Below are positions 16,111 to 27,010 of a DNA stretch of 64,000 bases, piece after piece. Each line of letters starts with the position of its first letter. Position 1 is the stretch's first letter. The notes beneath the pieces were generated by a model that saw only the letters and a list, made by a program, of their open reading frames with translations, was not told the origin of the DNA and made no database searches. This DNA is from Burkholderiaceae bacterium (GTDB lineage: Bacteria > Pseudomonadota > Gammaproteobacteria > Burkholderiales > Burkholderiaceae_F). The translations under genes were made by a program, and so were the position numbers. Where the stretch lies: positions 2,688 to 66,687 of the forward strand of contig JAVVWR010000005.1 of assembly GCA_036652035.1 (NCBI GenBank). Reading direction: 5' to 3'.

Positions 16111-18666
16111 TCAGGCCGCGAGCGCCGCCAGCAGTTCGTTTTCGATCGCGAGCTGGGCGCGGGGCTGGTCAAGCTCGGGGCCATCGACCAGGAAGACGTC
16201 TTCGGCGCGCTCGCCCAGCGTCAGGATCTTGGCGGTCTGGACGTTGACGCCATGTTCGGCCAGCACCCTGGCGATCGAGTACAAGAGCCCGATCCGGTCG
16301 GTGGCGGTGATCGACAGCAGATAGTTGCGGCCGCGTTCGTCGGGCTGGAGCTGCACTGCGGGTGAGATCGGAAAGTGGCGCGACTGGCGCGACATCCGGC
16401 CCTTGGCGGGCGCGGCCAGCGGCGCGGCCTTGGCGATCAACTCTGCGAGTTCGTGTTCGATCTGTGAGAGCAGCTCGCGGTAGTGCGGGTTGCGGCCATG
16501 GTCAGTGACGAGAAAGGTGTCGAGCGCCCAGCCGTGGCGGGTGGTGTGGATGCGCGCGTCGAGAATCGACAGGCTCTTGGATTCGAAGTAGCCGGCGACA
16601 CGAGCGAACAAGTCCTTTTGGTCGCGGGTGTAGATCAGCACTTCGGCGCCTTCGCCGATGCGGGCGAGCCGGCAGCGGACGATCGGTCGCTCGGCCGAGA
16701 CCCGGGAGAACAAGGAGCGGGTGTGCCAGGCGATGTCCTGCGCGGTGTGGCGCAGAAAGTAGACCACGTCGAGCTGGGCCCACAGATCGACCCGCGCCGA
16801 GTCTTGCAGACCATAGAGCCGCAGGATGTGCAGCGCTTCCTGCTTGCGCGATTCCAGCAGCGCGGTGGGCGAGGGCGCTTCACCGCCCAGCCGTCGGCGC
16901 GCAGCGCGGAAAAGCTCTTCGAGCAGTTGGCCCTTCCAGGCATTCCATACCTTGGGGCTGGTGCCGCGGATGTCGGCCACCGTCAGCAGGTAGAGCGCGG
17001 TGAGCCAGCGCTCGTTGCCGACCAGTTCGGTGAAACGTTGGATCACCGTGGGGTCGGCCAGATCCTGCTTTTGCGCCACGGTGCTCATGGTCAGGTGATG
17101 CTCGACCAGGAACTCGATCAGGGCGGAGTCTTCGGGCGCAATGCCGTGGGCACGGGCGAAAGTCTTGACCTCACGCGCGCCGAGTTGGCTGTGGTCGCCG
17201 CCGCGGCCTTTGGCAATGTCGTGAAACAGTGCGGCCACGACCAGCAGCCAGGGCCGGTCGAAATCGGCGACCAGCTGGCTGCACAAGGGATATTCGTGGG
17301 CGTATTCGGCCAGGGTGAAGCGGCGCAGATTGCGCACCACTTGCAGAATGTGCTGGTCGACCGTGTAGACGTGGAACAAGTCGTGCTGCATCTGGCCGAC
17401 GATCTTGCGGAACGCCGGCAGGTAGCGGCCGAGAATGCCCCATTGGTTCATCGCTCGCAGCGCGTGCAAGACGCCCTTGGGCTGCTGCAGGATCGCAAGA
17501 AAGGTGGCGCGGTTGCGTGGGTCGCGGCGGAATTCGGCGTCCATGTTGTCGCGCGAATGCCAGAGCGCGCGCAGCAGCCGGGTCGACTTGCCCTTCAATT
17601 CCGGGTGTTGCTCGAGCAACAGGAAGGCGCGCAGGATGCCGTTGGGGTCGCGCACCAGGGCGTCGTCGCCATTGATGTCGAGCAGCTCGCCGCGGGCGAC
17701 GAAGGTGACGTCGAGCGCGATGGCTTGGCCGCCATCGTGCGCAAAGAGGCGTTGCTCGATGTTCTGCAGCAGGATCGCGTTCAACTGCGTCACCGCTTTG
17801 GCGGTGAGGTAGTAACGCTGCATCAGGACTTCGCTGGCGCGCCGCGAGCTCTTGGGCAGAATGCCGGCCGAGGCGGCAACGGCCTGTTGCACGTCGAACA
17901 CCAGCCGGTCTTCGCGCCGCTTGGCCACCAGGTGCAGCCGGGCGCGGATGTCCTTGAGGTGGCGGCCAACCCGCCGCAGGTGGTTCGCTTCGGCGGCGGT
18001 GATCAGTCCCTTGCGCGCGAGCTCGGACCAGGATCGCCCCAGGCCGGCGGCCAAGGCGACCCAGGCGAGCACGTGCAGGTCGCGCAGGCCGCCCGGGCTC
18101 TCCTTGACGTTGGGTTCGAGCGCGTAAGGCGTTTCCTGGTACTTGATGTGGCGCTGCTGCTGCTCGAGCAGCTTGGCGCGAAAGAACGCGCGTGGGTCGA
18201 GGCCGTTGGCGATGCTGCGGCGGAACTCCTGGTAGAGCGCGCGGTTGCCGGTGATCAGGCGCGACTCGAGCATCGCCGTCAAGGCGGTGACGTCGGCGGC
18301 GGCTTCCTCGCGGCATTCATCAAGCGTGCGAACGCTGTGGCCGAGCGCCAGGCCCAGGTCCCACAGCTGGCCCACGAGCCGTTCGATCGTTTCACGCTGT
18401 ACCGCGTCGGGCGCATGCGGCAACAGCAGCAGGATGTCGACGTCGGAATAGGGAAACAACTCGTCACGGCCATAGCCGCCCACGGCGACGACGGCGGCCG
18501 AGGCCGCGAGTCCGGCCTCAGCCGTGGCTTGTCGGACGACCTGGTCGGTGGCCTGCGACAAGTCTTTCAACAGGGCTTCAACTCCGCCGCCGGCGAGAAA
18601 AGCCGCGATCAAGCGTTCGCGCTCGGCGCGCAATTGATCACGCAGGCGAAAGCCGGCTTCGTTCAT
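16111..18666 (-). CDS. glnD: [Protein-PII] uridylyltransferase/uridylyl-removing enzyme
   Basis: 851-aa ORF with a nucleotidyltransferase motif (GGYGRDELFPYSDVDILLL), an HD domain (LFHDIAKG) and two C-terminal ACT domains. Shows the conserved glnD-map adjacency. Confidence 0.92.
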   Translation of the reverse strand: MNEAGFRLRDQLRAERERLIAAFLAGGGVEALLKDLSQATDQVVRQATAEAGLAASAAVVAVGGYGRDELFPYSDVDILLLLPHAPDAVQRETIERLVGQLWDLGLALGHSVRTLDECREEAAADVTALTAMLESRLITGNRALYQEFRRSIANGLDPRAFFRAKLLEQQQRHIKYQETPYALEPNVKESPGGLRDLHVLAWVALAAGLGRSWSELARKGLITAAEANHLRRVGRHLKDIRARLHLVAKRREDRLVFDVQQAVAASAGILPKSSRRASEVLMQRYYLTAKAVTQLNAILLQNIEQRLFAHDGGQAIALDVTFVARGELLDINGDDALVRDPNGILRAFLLLEQHPELKGKSTRLLRALWHSRDNMDAEFRRDPRNRATFLAILQQPKGVLHALRAMNQWGILGRYLPAFRKIVGQMQHDLFHVYTVDQHILQVVRNLRRFTLAEYAHEYPLCSQLVADFDRPWLLVVAALFHDIAKGRGGDHSQLGAREVKTFARAHGIAPEDSALIEFLVEHHLTMSTVAQKQDLADPTVIQRFTELVGNERWLTALYLLTVADIRGTSPKVWNAWKGQLLEELFRAARRRLGGEAPSPTALLESRKQEALHILRLYGLQDSARVDLWAQLDVVYFLRHTAQDIAWHTRSLFSRVSAERPIVRCRLARIGEGAEVLIYTRDQKDLFARVAGYFESKSLSILDARIHTTRHGWALDTFLVTDHGRNPHYRELLSQIEHELAELIAKAAPLAAPAKGRMSRQSRHFPISPAVQLQPDERGRNYLLSITATDRIGLLYSIARVLAEHGVNVQTAKILTLGERAEDVFLVDGPELDQPRAQLAIENELLAALAA

Positions 18667-18684
18667 GGCGGGCGACGGAGGGGA

Positions 18685-19512
18685 TCAGGCGAGGGCGCTG
18701 GGGGTGCCGGCTGGCTTAACAAACGACGGAATCGCCGGCGTGCCCGCCGACTGGGTCAGGATTTCCCAGCCGGTCTCGGTCACGAGAACCGTGTGTTCCC
18801 ATTGCGCCGACAGGCTGCGGTCCTTGGTGACGATGGTCCAGCCGTCGGGCAGGTCGCGGATCTCGCGGCGGCCGGCGTTGATCATCGGCTCGATCGTGAA
18901 GATCATGCCGGGGACGAGCTTCTCCAGCGTTCCGGCGCGGCCGTAGTGCAGGACTTGCGGCTCTTCGTGGAAGCTCTTGCCGATGCCGTGGCCGCAGAAC
19001 TCGCGCACGATCGAATAGCCGGCCGCTTCGGCGAATTTCTGGATCGCGTGGCCGATGTCGCCGAAGGTGGCGCCAGGTTGAACCTGGGCTATCCCCTTCC
19101 ACATCGCTTCGTAAGTGATCTCGCACAGACGCTTGGCGGCGATCGACCCTTCGCCGACGATGAACATGCGGCTGGTGTCGCCGTGATAACCGTCTTTGAT
19201 GACCGTGATGTCGAGATTGACGATGTCGCCGCTCTTCAAGGCCTTTTCACCGGGAATGCCGTGGCAGACCTGATGATTGACCGACGTGCAGATCGACTTG
19301 GGGTAGGGTGAATAACCCTGAGGCGCGTAATTCAGCGGCGCGGGAATCGTGCCCTGAACATTGACCATGTAATCGTGGCAAAGGCGGTCGATCTCGCCGG
19401 TGGTGACGCCAGTGACGACGTGAGGAGTGATGAAATCCAGCACTTCGGCGGCGAGACGGCCGGCCAGGCGCATGCCTTCGATGTCCTGCGGGGTCTTGAT
19501 GATGATGGACAT
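18685..19512 (-). CDS. map: Type I methionine aminopeptidase
   Basis: MSIIIKTPQDIEGMRLAGRL... with metal-ligand regions (VCHGIP, DIVNLDIT, CGHGIG, TIEPM, WEHTVLVT). Start at ATG 19510-19512 is preferred over 19539. Confidence 0.9.
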   Translation of the reverse strand: MSIIIKTPQDIEGMRLAGRLAAEVLDFITPHVVTGVTTGEIDRLCHDYMVNVQGTIPAPLNYAPQGYSPYPKSICTSVNHQVCHGIPGEKALKSGDIVNLDITVIKDGYHGDTSRMFIVGEGSIAAKRLCEITYEAMWKGIAQVQPGATFGDIGHAIQKFAEAAGYSIVREFCGHGIGKSFHEEPQVLHYGRAGTLEKLVPGMIFTIEPMINAGRREIRDLPDGWTIVTKDRSLSAQWEHTVLVTETGWEILTQSAGTPAIPSFVKPAGTPSALA

Positions 19513-19521
19513 GGGCTTGGC

Positions 19522-19551
19522 TTGAGGCAACGTGAACAAGCTGGATATAAT
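19522..19551 (+). promoter_or_regulatory. Candidate sigma70 promoter for rpsB-tsf (TTGAGG-N18-TATAAT)
   Basis: TTGAGG at 19522-19527 and a consensus TATAAT at 19546-19551, about 205 nt upstream of the rpsB ATG. Read by eye only. Confidence 0.4.
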
Positions 19552-19757
19552 AGCGGGCTAGCCTGGCTTTTTGGGCGATTGGTAGCTTGGCTTGCGGAGT
19601 CTTAAAGACTGCGCAAGGCGGCAAGGTCAGTAAAACCGATCGATCAAAAGGCAAGGCAAATCACGCGCCGCGTCACCAGGGTGTCCGCCCGGTTTTCAAA
19701 ACAACCGGTGGACGTCGACGCAGGCGTAGGACCCAACCCTAGGTAAAAGGAAGTCAA

Positions 19758-20510
19758 ATGAGCGTCAGCATGCGTGAAATGCTGGAAGCCGGAGTCCACT
19801 TCGGCCACCAGACCCGTTTCTGGAACCCCAAGATGTCGCAGTACATCTTCGGTTCGCGCAACAAGATTCACATCATCAACCTCGAGAAGACGGTTGAGAA
19901 GTTCGACGAGGCGGCCAAGTTCCTGCGCACCCTCGCGGCCAATCGCGGCACCATCCTGTTCGTTGGCACCAAGCGTCAAGCGCGCGAGATCATGGTCGAG
20001 GAAGCGACCCGCGCCAGTGTTCCTTTTGTTGATCAGCGCTGGCTGGGCGGCATGCTCACCAACTTCAAGACCGTCAAGGTCTCGATCAAGCGCCTGAAGG
20101 ACATGGAGCAGACGCTAGCCGAAGGCGGCCTCGAGCGCATGAGCAAGAAAGAGGCCCTCGATTTCACGCGTGAGATCGAGAAGCTGAACAAGTCGATCGG
20201 CGGCATCAAGGACATGAACGGCCTGCCGGACGCGATCTTCGTGATCGACGTCGGCTACCACAAGATCGCTGTCCAGGAAGCCGCCAAGCTCGGCATCCCG
20301 GTCGTCGGCGTGGTCGATACCAACCACTCCCCCGATGGCGTGAGCTACGTCATCCCGGGTAACGATGACTCGTCCCGCGCGATCCGTCTGTTCGCCCGTG
20401 GCATGGCCGACGCCGTGCTCGAAGGCCGCGCCCAGTCGCTGGCTGGCGTGGTGACCGCTGCTCAAGGCGGCGAGGAATTCGTTGAAGTGGTCAACGAGGC
20501 CCAGCAATAA
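19758..20510 (+). CDS. rpsB: 30S ribosomal protein S2
   Basis: 250-aa [22 protein letters not shown]... is diagnostic of S2. Confidence 0.97.
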   Translation: MSVSMREMLEAGVHFGHQTRFWNPKMSQYIFGSRNKIHIINLEKTVEKFDEAAKFLRTLAANRGTILFVGTKRQAREIMVEEATRASVPFVDQRWLGGMLTNFKTVKVSIKRLKDMEQTLAEGGLERMSKKEALDFTREIEKLNKSIGGIKDMNGLPDAIFVIDVGYHKIAVQEAAKLGIPVVGVVDTNHSPDGVSYVIPGNDDSSRAIRLFARGMADAVLEGRAQSLAGVVTAAQGGEEFVEVVNEAQQ

Positions 20511-20530
20511 GCGGGTTAATTCCCGATTCA

Positions 20531-20554
20531 AAAAGGGGCGCAAGCCCCTTTTTT
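20531..20554 (+). terminator. Intrinsic terminator/attenuator hairpin between rpsB and tsf
   Basis: AAAAGGGGC-GCAA-GCCCC followed by TTTTTT. The stem is GC-rich with a GNRA-like tetraloop and a T-run. An rpsB-tsf attenuator at this position is classical. Confidence 0.6.
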
Positions 20555-20587
20555 GTAAACGCACAAACCGATTCGAAGGAGCACCCC

Positions 20588-21475
20588 ATGGCAGCAATCA
20601 CCGCGAGCATGGTTAAGGAACTGCGCGAGAAGACCGACGCGCCGATGATGGAATGCAAGAAGGCCCTGACCGAGGCTGACGGCGATCTGGCCAAGGCCGA
20701 AGAGATCCTGCGCGTCAAGCTCGGCAACAAGGCCAGCAAGGCCGCGGCCCGCGTGACGGCCGAAGGCGTGGTGGCGATCCACATCGCCGCCGATGGCAAG
20801 AACGGCGCCATCATCGAGCTGAACTCGGAAACCGACTTCGTCGCCAAGAACGACGACTTCATCCAGTTCGCCAACGACCTGGCCCGCCTTGTCACCGAGC
20901 AAGCCCCGGCTGACGTCGCCGCCCTGGCCGCGCTGCCGCTGGGCGATGGCACGGTCGATTCCGTCCGCTCCGCCCTGGTGGGCAAGATCGGCGAGAACAT
21001 GTCGATCCGTCGTTTCGTTCGCATCGCTGGCGAAGGCAAGCTGGGTCAATACGTCCACGGCGGCTCGCGCATCGGCGTGCTGGTCGATATCGTTGGTGGC
21101 GAGGCCGAGCTCGGCCGCGACGTCGCGATGCACATCGCCGCGTCCAAGCCCAAGGCGCTCGACGCCAGCGGCATCGCCTCCGAGCTGCTCGACGCCGAGC
21201 GTCGCGTGGCGATCGAAAAGGCCAAGGAAGCCGGTAAACCCGAAGCGATGCTCGAGAAGATCGCCGAAGGCACCGTGCAGAAGTTCCTGAAGGAAGTCAC
21301 GCTACTGTCGCAGCCCTTCGTCAAGGACGACAAGCAGACCATCGAGCAGCTGTTGAAGAGCAAGGGCGCCAAGATCACCGGCTTCACCCTGTTCGTTGTC
21401 GGCGAAGGCATCGAGAAGAAGGTCAATGATTTCGCGGCCGAAGTGGCGGCGCAGCAAGCTGCTGCGCGCGGCTAA
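20588..21475 (+). CDS. tsf: Translation elongation factor Ts
   Basis: 295-aa [30 protein letters not shown] is the UBA-like EF-Ts N-terminus. Confidence 0.96.
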   Translation: MAAITASMVKELREKTDAPMMECKKALTEADGDLAKAEEILRVKLGNKASKAAARVTAEGVVAIHIAADGKNGAIIELNSETDFVAKNDDFIQFANDLARLVTEQAPADVAALAALPLGDGTVDSVRSALVGKIGENMSIRRFVRIAGEGKLGQYVHGGSRIGVLVDIVGGEAELGRDVAMHIAASKPKALDASGIASELLDAERRVAIEKAKEAGKPEAMLEKIAEGTVQKFLKEVTLLSQPFVKDDKQTIEQLLKSKGAKITGFTLFVVGEGIEKKVNDFAAEVAAQQAAARG

Positions 21476-21490
21476 ACCGGGAGACGACGC

Positions 21491-22234
21491 ATGACGAGTT
21501 CCACATCACAAGCCTCGGTGACCGCGCCTGCTTTCAAGCGCGTGCTTCTCAAGCTTTCGGGCGAGTCGCTGATGGGCGACGACGCCTTTGGCATCAACCG
21601 CGCGACGCTCCAGTCGATGGTGGCTGATATTGCCGAGGTCACTTCGCTCGGTGTGGAACTCGCCATCGTCATCGGTGGCGGCAACATCTTCCGTGGCGTC
21701 GCTCTGGGCGCCGCGGGGATGGACCGCGCCACCGGCGATTACATGGGCATGATGGCGACCGTCATGAACTCGATGGCGTTGCAGGATGCGCTGCGCCGCG
21801 GCGGTGTCGAGGCGCGCGTGCAGAGTGCGCTCAACATCGAGCAGGTGGTCGAGCCCTACATCCGCCCCAAGGCGATCCGCTATCTGGAAGAAGGCCGCGT
21901 GGTGATCTTTGCCGCCGGCACCGGCAATCCCTTCTTCACGACCGACACGGCGGCAGCGCTGCGCGGCGCCGAGATGGGGGTGCAGATGGTGCTCAAGGCA
22001 ACCAAGGTCGACGGCGTCTACACTGCCGACCCCAAGAAGGACCCGAGCGCGACGCGTTATGCCTCGATCACCTTTGACGAGGCGCTTGCCCGCAATCTGC
22101 AGATCATGGACGCCACGGCTTTTGCCCTGTGCCGCGACCAGAAGCTGCCGATCAAGGTCTTCAACATCACGAAGCCGGGCGCGTTCAAGCGAGTGGTGAT
22201 GGGCGAGGACGAGGGCACCCTGGTCCACGTCTGA
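21491..22234 (+). CDS. pyrH: UMP kinase
   Basis: 247-aa ORF with [18 protein letters not shown] and [13 protein letters not shown] motifs. Confidence 0.95.
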   Translation: MTSSTSQASVTAPAFKRVLLKLSGESLMGDDAFGINRATLQSMVADIAEVTSLGVELAIVIGGGNIFRGVALGAAGMDRATGDYMGMMATVMNSMALQDALRRGGVEARVQSALNIEQVVEPYIRPKAIRYLEEGRVVIFAAGTGNPFFTTDTAAALRGAEMGVQMVLKATKVDGVYTADPKKDPSATRYASITFDEALARNLQIMDATAFALCRDQKLPIKVFNITKPGAFKRVVMGEDEGTLVHV

Positions 22235-22252
22235 GCAAAACCGGAGATAGCT

Positions 22253-22813
22253 ATGAGCATTGCAGATATTCAAAAACAGACCGAATCCAAGATGCAGAAG
22301 TCGTTGGAAGCTCTGCGCGCCGACTTTGCCAAGATTCGCACCGGCCGTGCGCACACCGGCCTGCTCGATCACATCCAGGTCGACTACTACGGCTCGATGG
22401 TGGCCTTGTCGCAGGTGGCGCAGGTCGGCCTGTCGGACGCTCGCACCATCACCGTGCAGCCGTGGGAAAAGAAGATGGTCCAGGTGGTCGAGAAGGCCAT
22501 TCGCGATTGCGACCTGGGTCTGAACCCGGCCACCAACGGCGACCTGATTCGCGTGCCGATGCCCGCCCTGACCGAGCAGCGCCGCAAGGAGCTGACCAAG
22601 GTCGTCAAGCACGAAGGTGAAAACGCCAAGGTGGCGATTCGCAACCTGCGCCGCGATGCCAATAATCAGGCCAAAGACCTGGTCAAGGCCAAGGAAATCT
22701 CGGAAGACGATGAGCGTCGTGCCGAGACCGACGTGCAGAAGCTGACCGATCGCTACATTGTCGAAATCGACAAGATGGTCGCCGAGAAGGAAAAGGAAGT
22801 GATGACGGTCTAG
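22253..22813 (+). CDS. frr: Ribosome recycling factor
   Basis: 186-aa ORF with [11 protein letters not shown] and [13 protein letters not shown]. Synteny is with pyrH and uppS. Confidence 0.95.
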   Translation: MSIADIQKQTESKMQKSLEALRADFAKIRTGRAHTGLLDHIQVDYYGSMVALSQVAQVGLSDARTITVQPWEKKMVQVVEKAIRDCDLGLNPATNGDLIRVPMPALTEQRRKELTKVVKHEGENAKVAIRNLRRDANNQAKDLVKAKEISEDDERRAETDVQKLTDRYIVEIDKMVAEKEKEVMTV

Positions 22814-22830
22814 TACCGTCAGATCGCGCT

Positions 22831-23595
22831 GTGGACGGTTTCACTTCCAAAGCCGACGTGGCGCGCCCGCGCCACGTCGCCATCATCATGGATGGCAACG
22901 GGCGCTGGGCCACCCAGCGCCATCTTCCCCGAGTCGCCGGGCACAAGCGCGGCGTCGAAGCGGTTCGCGCCATCTTGAAGGTCGCCGGCCAAAGCGGGAT
23001 CGAATATCTCACCCTGTTTGCTTTCAGTTCCGAGAACTGGCGTCGGCCTGCCGACGAGGTTTCGGTGCTGATGCGCCTCTTTATTTCCGCCCTGCAAAAA
23101 GAAGTGGGCCGTCTGCACGAAGCCGGCGTGCGCCTGCGCGTGGTGGGAGAGCTCGGCGCGTTTCAGAGCGAGCTGCAAAAGCTGATTACCGAGTCGGAGT
23201 CTCGTACGGCCGACAACGCCAAACTGACAGTCACCATCTGCGCCAACTATGGCGGCCGTTGGGACATGACCCAGGCCACACGCCGCCTGCTCGCGGCCGA
23301 GCCCGAGTGCGCGGCCGATCCCAGCCGGATCACCGAGGAGCGCCTGGCGCGCTACCTGGCCCTGGCCTTTGCGCCTGACGCCGACCTCGTCATCCGCACC
23401 GGTGGTGAGCAGCGCATCAGCAACTTCCTGCTGTGGCAAGCGGCTTACAGCGAACTCTATTTCACCGATGTGCTCTGGCCCGACTTCGACGCCGTGCAAC
23501 TCGATGCGGCCCTGGCCTGGTATGCGGCGCGCGAACGGCGCTTTGGCATGACCAGCGACCAGGTGCGCGCGGCCGCACCGACAGGTCTCGTCTGA
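22831..23595 (+). CDS. uppS: Ditrans,polycis-undecaprenyl-diphosphate synthase
   Basis: 254-aa ORF with [24 protein letters not shown] and [15 protein letters not shown]. Confidence 0.93.
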   Translation: MDGFTSKADVARPRHVAIIMDGNGRWATQRHLPRVAGHKRGVEAVRAILKVAGQSGIEYLTLFAFSSENWRRPADEVSVLMRLFISALQKEVGRLHEAGVRLRVVGELGAFQSELQKLITESESRTADNAKLTVTICANYGGRWDMTQATRRLLAAEPECAADPSRITEERLARYLALAFAPDADLVIRTGGEQRISNFLLWQAAYSELYFTDVLWPDFDAVQLDAALAWYAARERRFGMTSDQVRAAAPTGLV

Positions 23596-24428
23596 TGCTC
23601 TACCAACGAATCATCACGGCGCTCGTTTTGCTCGCCGTCATCGGCGGCGCCATGCTCTGGTCGCCCGCCGCCTTCGACCTGATTGCGGCGGTGGCGATCG
23701 GCCTGGCGATGTGGGAGTGGCTGCGACTGGCGGGCTGGAGCTCCGTCGTTGCCGGTTTCACGGGTGCCGGAGTGACCGGTGGCCTGCTCGCATTGGATGG
23801 GAGTGGCCTGGCGCTATCGAGCACCGCGCTGACCGTGATGTGTGCGCTGGCGACCGCCGTCTGGGTGCTGATTGCAGCCGTGGTGGTGCGCTCGCGCCTG
23901 ACCGGTTTTCCGGTGTCGCGTGCCATGGCGAGCGGCTTGGGCGTGACCTTGTTGCCCGCCGCCTGGCTTGCCGTGCGTCATTTCTACGATGCCGGTGGCG
24001 CGCTGCTGATGGTGTCGGTACTGGCCATTGCCTGGATTGCCGATGTCGCCGCGTATTTCGCCGGCCGCGCTTTCGGCAAGTCCAAGCTCGCGCCCGCGAT
24101 CAGCCCGGGCAAGACCTGGGCCGGTGTGTGGGGCGCGGTGATCGCAGTCGTGGCGGCGGCGCTGGCTCTGGCCCATTGGACTCCTGGACTGGATCTGTTT
24201 TCCAGTCGCTTGATCGCTGCCGCCGGCGCTCCGCTGGCGCTCGCCCTGCTCGCGCTCGTGGTACTGGTGTCGGTCGCCGGCGACCTGTTCGAGAGCCAGC
24301 TCAAACGCAATGCCGGCATGAAGGACAGCAGTCACTTGTTGCCCGGTCATGGCGGCGTTTATGACCGCATCGACGCCTTGCTGCCGGTACTGCCGGCCTG
24401 CGTCCTGCTGGAGTCACTGTTTCGATGA
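23595..24428 (+). CDS. cdsA: Phosphatidate cytidylyltransferase
   Basis: Start re-picked at ATG 23595, which overlaps the uppS TGA by 1 nt ([13 protein letters not shown]...). Polytopic membrane protein with the signature [27 protein letters not shown]. Confidence 0.9.
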   Translation: MLYQRIITALVLLAVIGGAMLWSPAAFDLIAAVAIGLAMWEWLRLAGWSSVVAGFTGAGVTGGLLALDGSGLALSSTALTVMCALATAVWVLIAAVVVRSRLTGFPVSRAMASGLGVTLLPAAWLAVRHFYDAGGALLMVSVLAIAWIADVAAYFAGRAFGKSKLAPAISPGKTWAGVWGAVIAVVAAALALAHWTPGLDLFSSRLIAAAGAPLALALLALVVLVSVAGDLFESQLKRNAGMKDSSHLLPGHGGVYDRIDALLPVLPACVLLESLFR

Positions 24429-25597
24429 AGCGCCGCATTACCCTGCTGGGAGCCACCGGCTCGATCGGCGCCAGCACGCTTGACGTTCTGACCCGCCATC
24501 CCGATCGCTACGAAGTCCACGCCTTGACCGCAGCCTCGCGGGTTCAGGAACTGGCCGATCTGTGCGCGCGGCACCGGCCACAGGTGGCGGTGATTGCCGA
24601 CGAGACCCGTCTCGATGAACTGGCCGCGGCCTTGCGCGAGCGCGGCCTCAACACCGTGGCTGCCGCTGGCGCTGCAGCGCTGGTCGAGGTGGCCAAGGCC
24701 ACTGAGACCGACATCGTGGTGGCGGCGATTGTCGGCGCGGCGGGTTTGATGCCCACGATCGCCGCGGCTCGCGCCGGCAAGCAATTGCTGCTCGCCAACA
24801 AGGAATCGGTCGTCTGTGGCGGTGTGCTGCTGATGGACGCGGTGGCGCAGGGTGGCGGTGCCTTGCTGCCAGTCGATTCCGAACACAACGCGATTCACCA
24901 GTGCCTGGCGGCGGCCAGCATGGCTCAGCGTTCGCAGGCGCGCTTGATCCTGACCGCTTCCGGGGGCCCGTTCCGCACACGCATGGATTTGTCGGGCGTC
25001 ACGCCCGAGCAGGCGTGCGCCCATCCCAACTGGGTGATGGGGCGCAAGATCTCGGTCGATTCCGCCACGCTCATGAACAAGGGCCTGGAAGTGATCGAGG
25101 CCAGCTGGTTGTTCGATTTCCCGGCCGAGCGAATCGACGTGGTGGTCCATCCGCAAAGCGTGATCCATTCGATGGTCGAGTACGCCGACGGCTCGGTGCT
25201 CGCCCAGCTCGGTTCACCCGACATGCGCACACCGATCGCGTATTCGCTCGCCTGGCCCGAGCGGATCGAGAGCGGCACGCGCCGCTTGAACTTCATGGAA
25301 CTTGGCGCGCTCAGTTTTGAAGCGCCCGATACCGCGCGTTTCCCGCTGCTCGCTTACGCCTACGACGCCCTGCGTGCGGGCGGATCGGCGCCGACCGTTC
25401 TCAACGCCGCCAACGAAATCGCGGTCGAGGCGTTTCTCGATCGTCGGCTCGGCTTTACCTCGATCGCCCGCCTGTGCGCCGAGGTTCTGGGGCACTATGC
25501 GGCACCGGCTCCGCGCGCCGTCTCCGACGTGGTCGCGATTGACGCCGAGGCGCGTCGTCTGGCTCGCCTCAACCTTGCCCAGTTCCCTTCTGCATGA
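24425..25597 (+). CDS. dxr: 1-deoxy-D-xylulose-5-phosphate reductoisomerase
   Basis: 390-aa ORF with [25 protein letters not shown] and HPNWVMG. Confidence 0.94.
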   Translation: MKRRITLLGATGSIGASTLDVLTRHPDRYEVHALTAASRVQELADLCARHRPQVAVIADETRLDELAAALRERGLNTVAAAGAAALVEVAKATETDIVVAAIVGAAGLMPTIAAARAGKQLLLANKESVVCGGVLLMDAVAQGGGALLPVDSEHNAIHQCLAAASMAQRSQARLILTASGGPFRTRMDLSGVTPEQACAHPNWVMGRKISVDSATLMNKGLEVIEASWLFDFPAERIDVVVHPQSVIHSMVEYADGSVLAQLGSPDMRTPIAYSLAWPERIESGTRRLNFMELGALSFEAPDTARFPLLAYAYDALRAGGSAPTVLNAANEIAVEAFLDRRLGFTSIARLCAEVLGHYAAPAPRAVSDVVAIDAEARRLARLNLAQFPSA

Positions 25598-26943
25598 CTT
25601 TGCTCAGCACGCTTGCCGCTTTTGCCTTCACCCTTGGGGTCCTGATCGTCATTCACGAGTTCGGCCACTACTGGGTGGCGAAGAAGTGTGGCGTCAAGGT
25701 GCTGCGTTTTTCGGTCGGCTTTGGCAAGCCGATTCTGCGCTGGGTGCGTGGCGCGGACCGAACCGAATGGACTCTCAGCGCTCTGCCCTTGGGTGGCTAC
25801 GTTCGCATGCTCGACGAGCGCGATCCCGAGTGCCAGCCGATCGCCGCTGCCGATCTGCCGCGCGCCTTCAACCGCCAGCCCGTTGCCAAGCGCATCGCGA
25901 TCGTGCTGGCCGGGCCGCTGGCCAATCTTCTACTGGCAGTCCTGGTCTACTGGTTTCTTAACGTGGTCGGCGTATTCGAGCCGCGCGCTCTGCTGGGCAC
26001 GCCACCCGCGGCGACCAGCGCGGAGCGAGCGGGCGTTGTCGCCGGTGAACTGGTCACCGCAGTCGATGGCGAGTCGGTCCGATCGCTCAACGAATTGCGC
26101 TGGTTGCTGCTGCAGCGAGTGGGGCAGGCCGATGTCGCCTTGGAGTTGGAAAATCCGGGTGGTTCGCGGCGTGAGGTGGGTTTGGATCTGGCGGGATTTT
26201 CTCCCGACGAGGTCGAGGGCGACATTCTGCGCAAGATCGGTCTGACCCCTTACGTGAGTTCGCCGCGCGTGATGGCGGTGGTGCCGGGGGGCGCGGCGGC
26301 GGCGGCGGGCTTGCGCGAGGGTGACGTGATTGTCGCCGCGGGTTCGACCCAGATCGCTTCGGCGCGCGAATTGATTGAACAAATCCGGGAGTCAGCCGGG
26401 CAAGCGCTTGAGCTCAGGATCGAACGCAGTGGCGCGGTGCGCAGCCTGCGGGTGACGCCCCTGGTCGTCGTTGACGAAGCCGGCCAAACGATGGGCCGGA
26501 TCGGAGCCGAACTGAGCGATCGAGCGCCGATGGAAAAGGTGCAATACGGTCCGATCGAGAGCATCGGCATGGCCGTGCAGCGGACCGCCAACACGGTGAG
26601 CTTCTCTTTCAAAATGCTAGTCAAGATGGTGACCGGCGAGGTGTCGTGGAAAAACCTCTCGGGCCCGGTAACGATTGCCGATTACGCCGGCCAGACCGCG
26701 CGGGTGGGGCTCGCGTCCTATCTCGGCTTTCTGGCTCTGGTGTCGATCAGTCTTGGCGTCTTGAACCTGCTTCCCATCCCCATGCTCGATGGCGGGCACC
26801 TCCTGTATTATCTGATCGAGATAATCAAGGGCAGCCCGCCTGCGGACTGGGTTGTCGAATGGGGCCAGCGCGTCGGTGTTGCGTTGCTGGTCGGACTCAC
26901 CCTCCTGGCTTTGTTTAATGACATGGCCCGGTTGCTCACCTGA
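25594..26943 (+). CDS. rseP: RIP (site-2) zinc metalloprotease
   Basis: 449-aa ORF with HEFGHYWVA (HExxH), PDZ region(s) and a C-terminal [13 protein letters not shown] motif. Confidence 0.92.
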   Translation: MTLLSTLAAFAFTLGVLIVIHEFGHYWVAKKCGVKVLRFSVGFGKPILRWVRGADRTEWTLSALPLGGYVRMLDERDPECQPIAAADLPRAFNRQPVAKRIAIVLAGPLANLLLAVLVYWFLNVVGVFEPRALLGTPPAATSAERAGVVAGELVTAVDGESVRSLNELRWLLLQRVGQADVALELENPGGSRREVGLDLAGFSPDEVEGDILRKIGLTPYVSSPRVMAVVPGGAAAAAGLREGDVIVAAGSTQIASARELIEQIRESAGQALELRIERSGAVRSLRVTPLVVVDEAGQTMGRIGAELSDRAPMEKVQYGPIESIGMAVQRTANTVSFSFKMLVKMVTGEVSWKNLSGPVTIADYAGQTARVGLASYLGFLALVSISLGVLNLLPIPMLDGGHLLYYLIEIIKGSPPADWVVEWGQRVGVALLVGLTLLALFNDMARLLT

Positions 26944-27010
26944 TCCCGCTGTTCGTCTTGACTGGAAATTCCAATTGAAGCGCCGTCTGCCCTCCGGGCC
27001 GCGCACGCTG

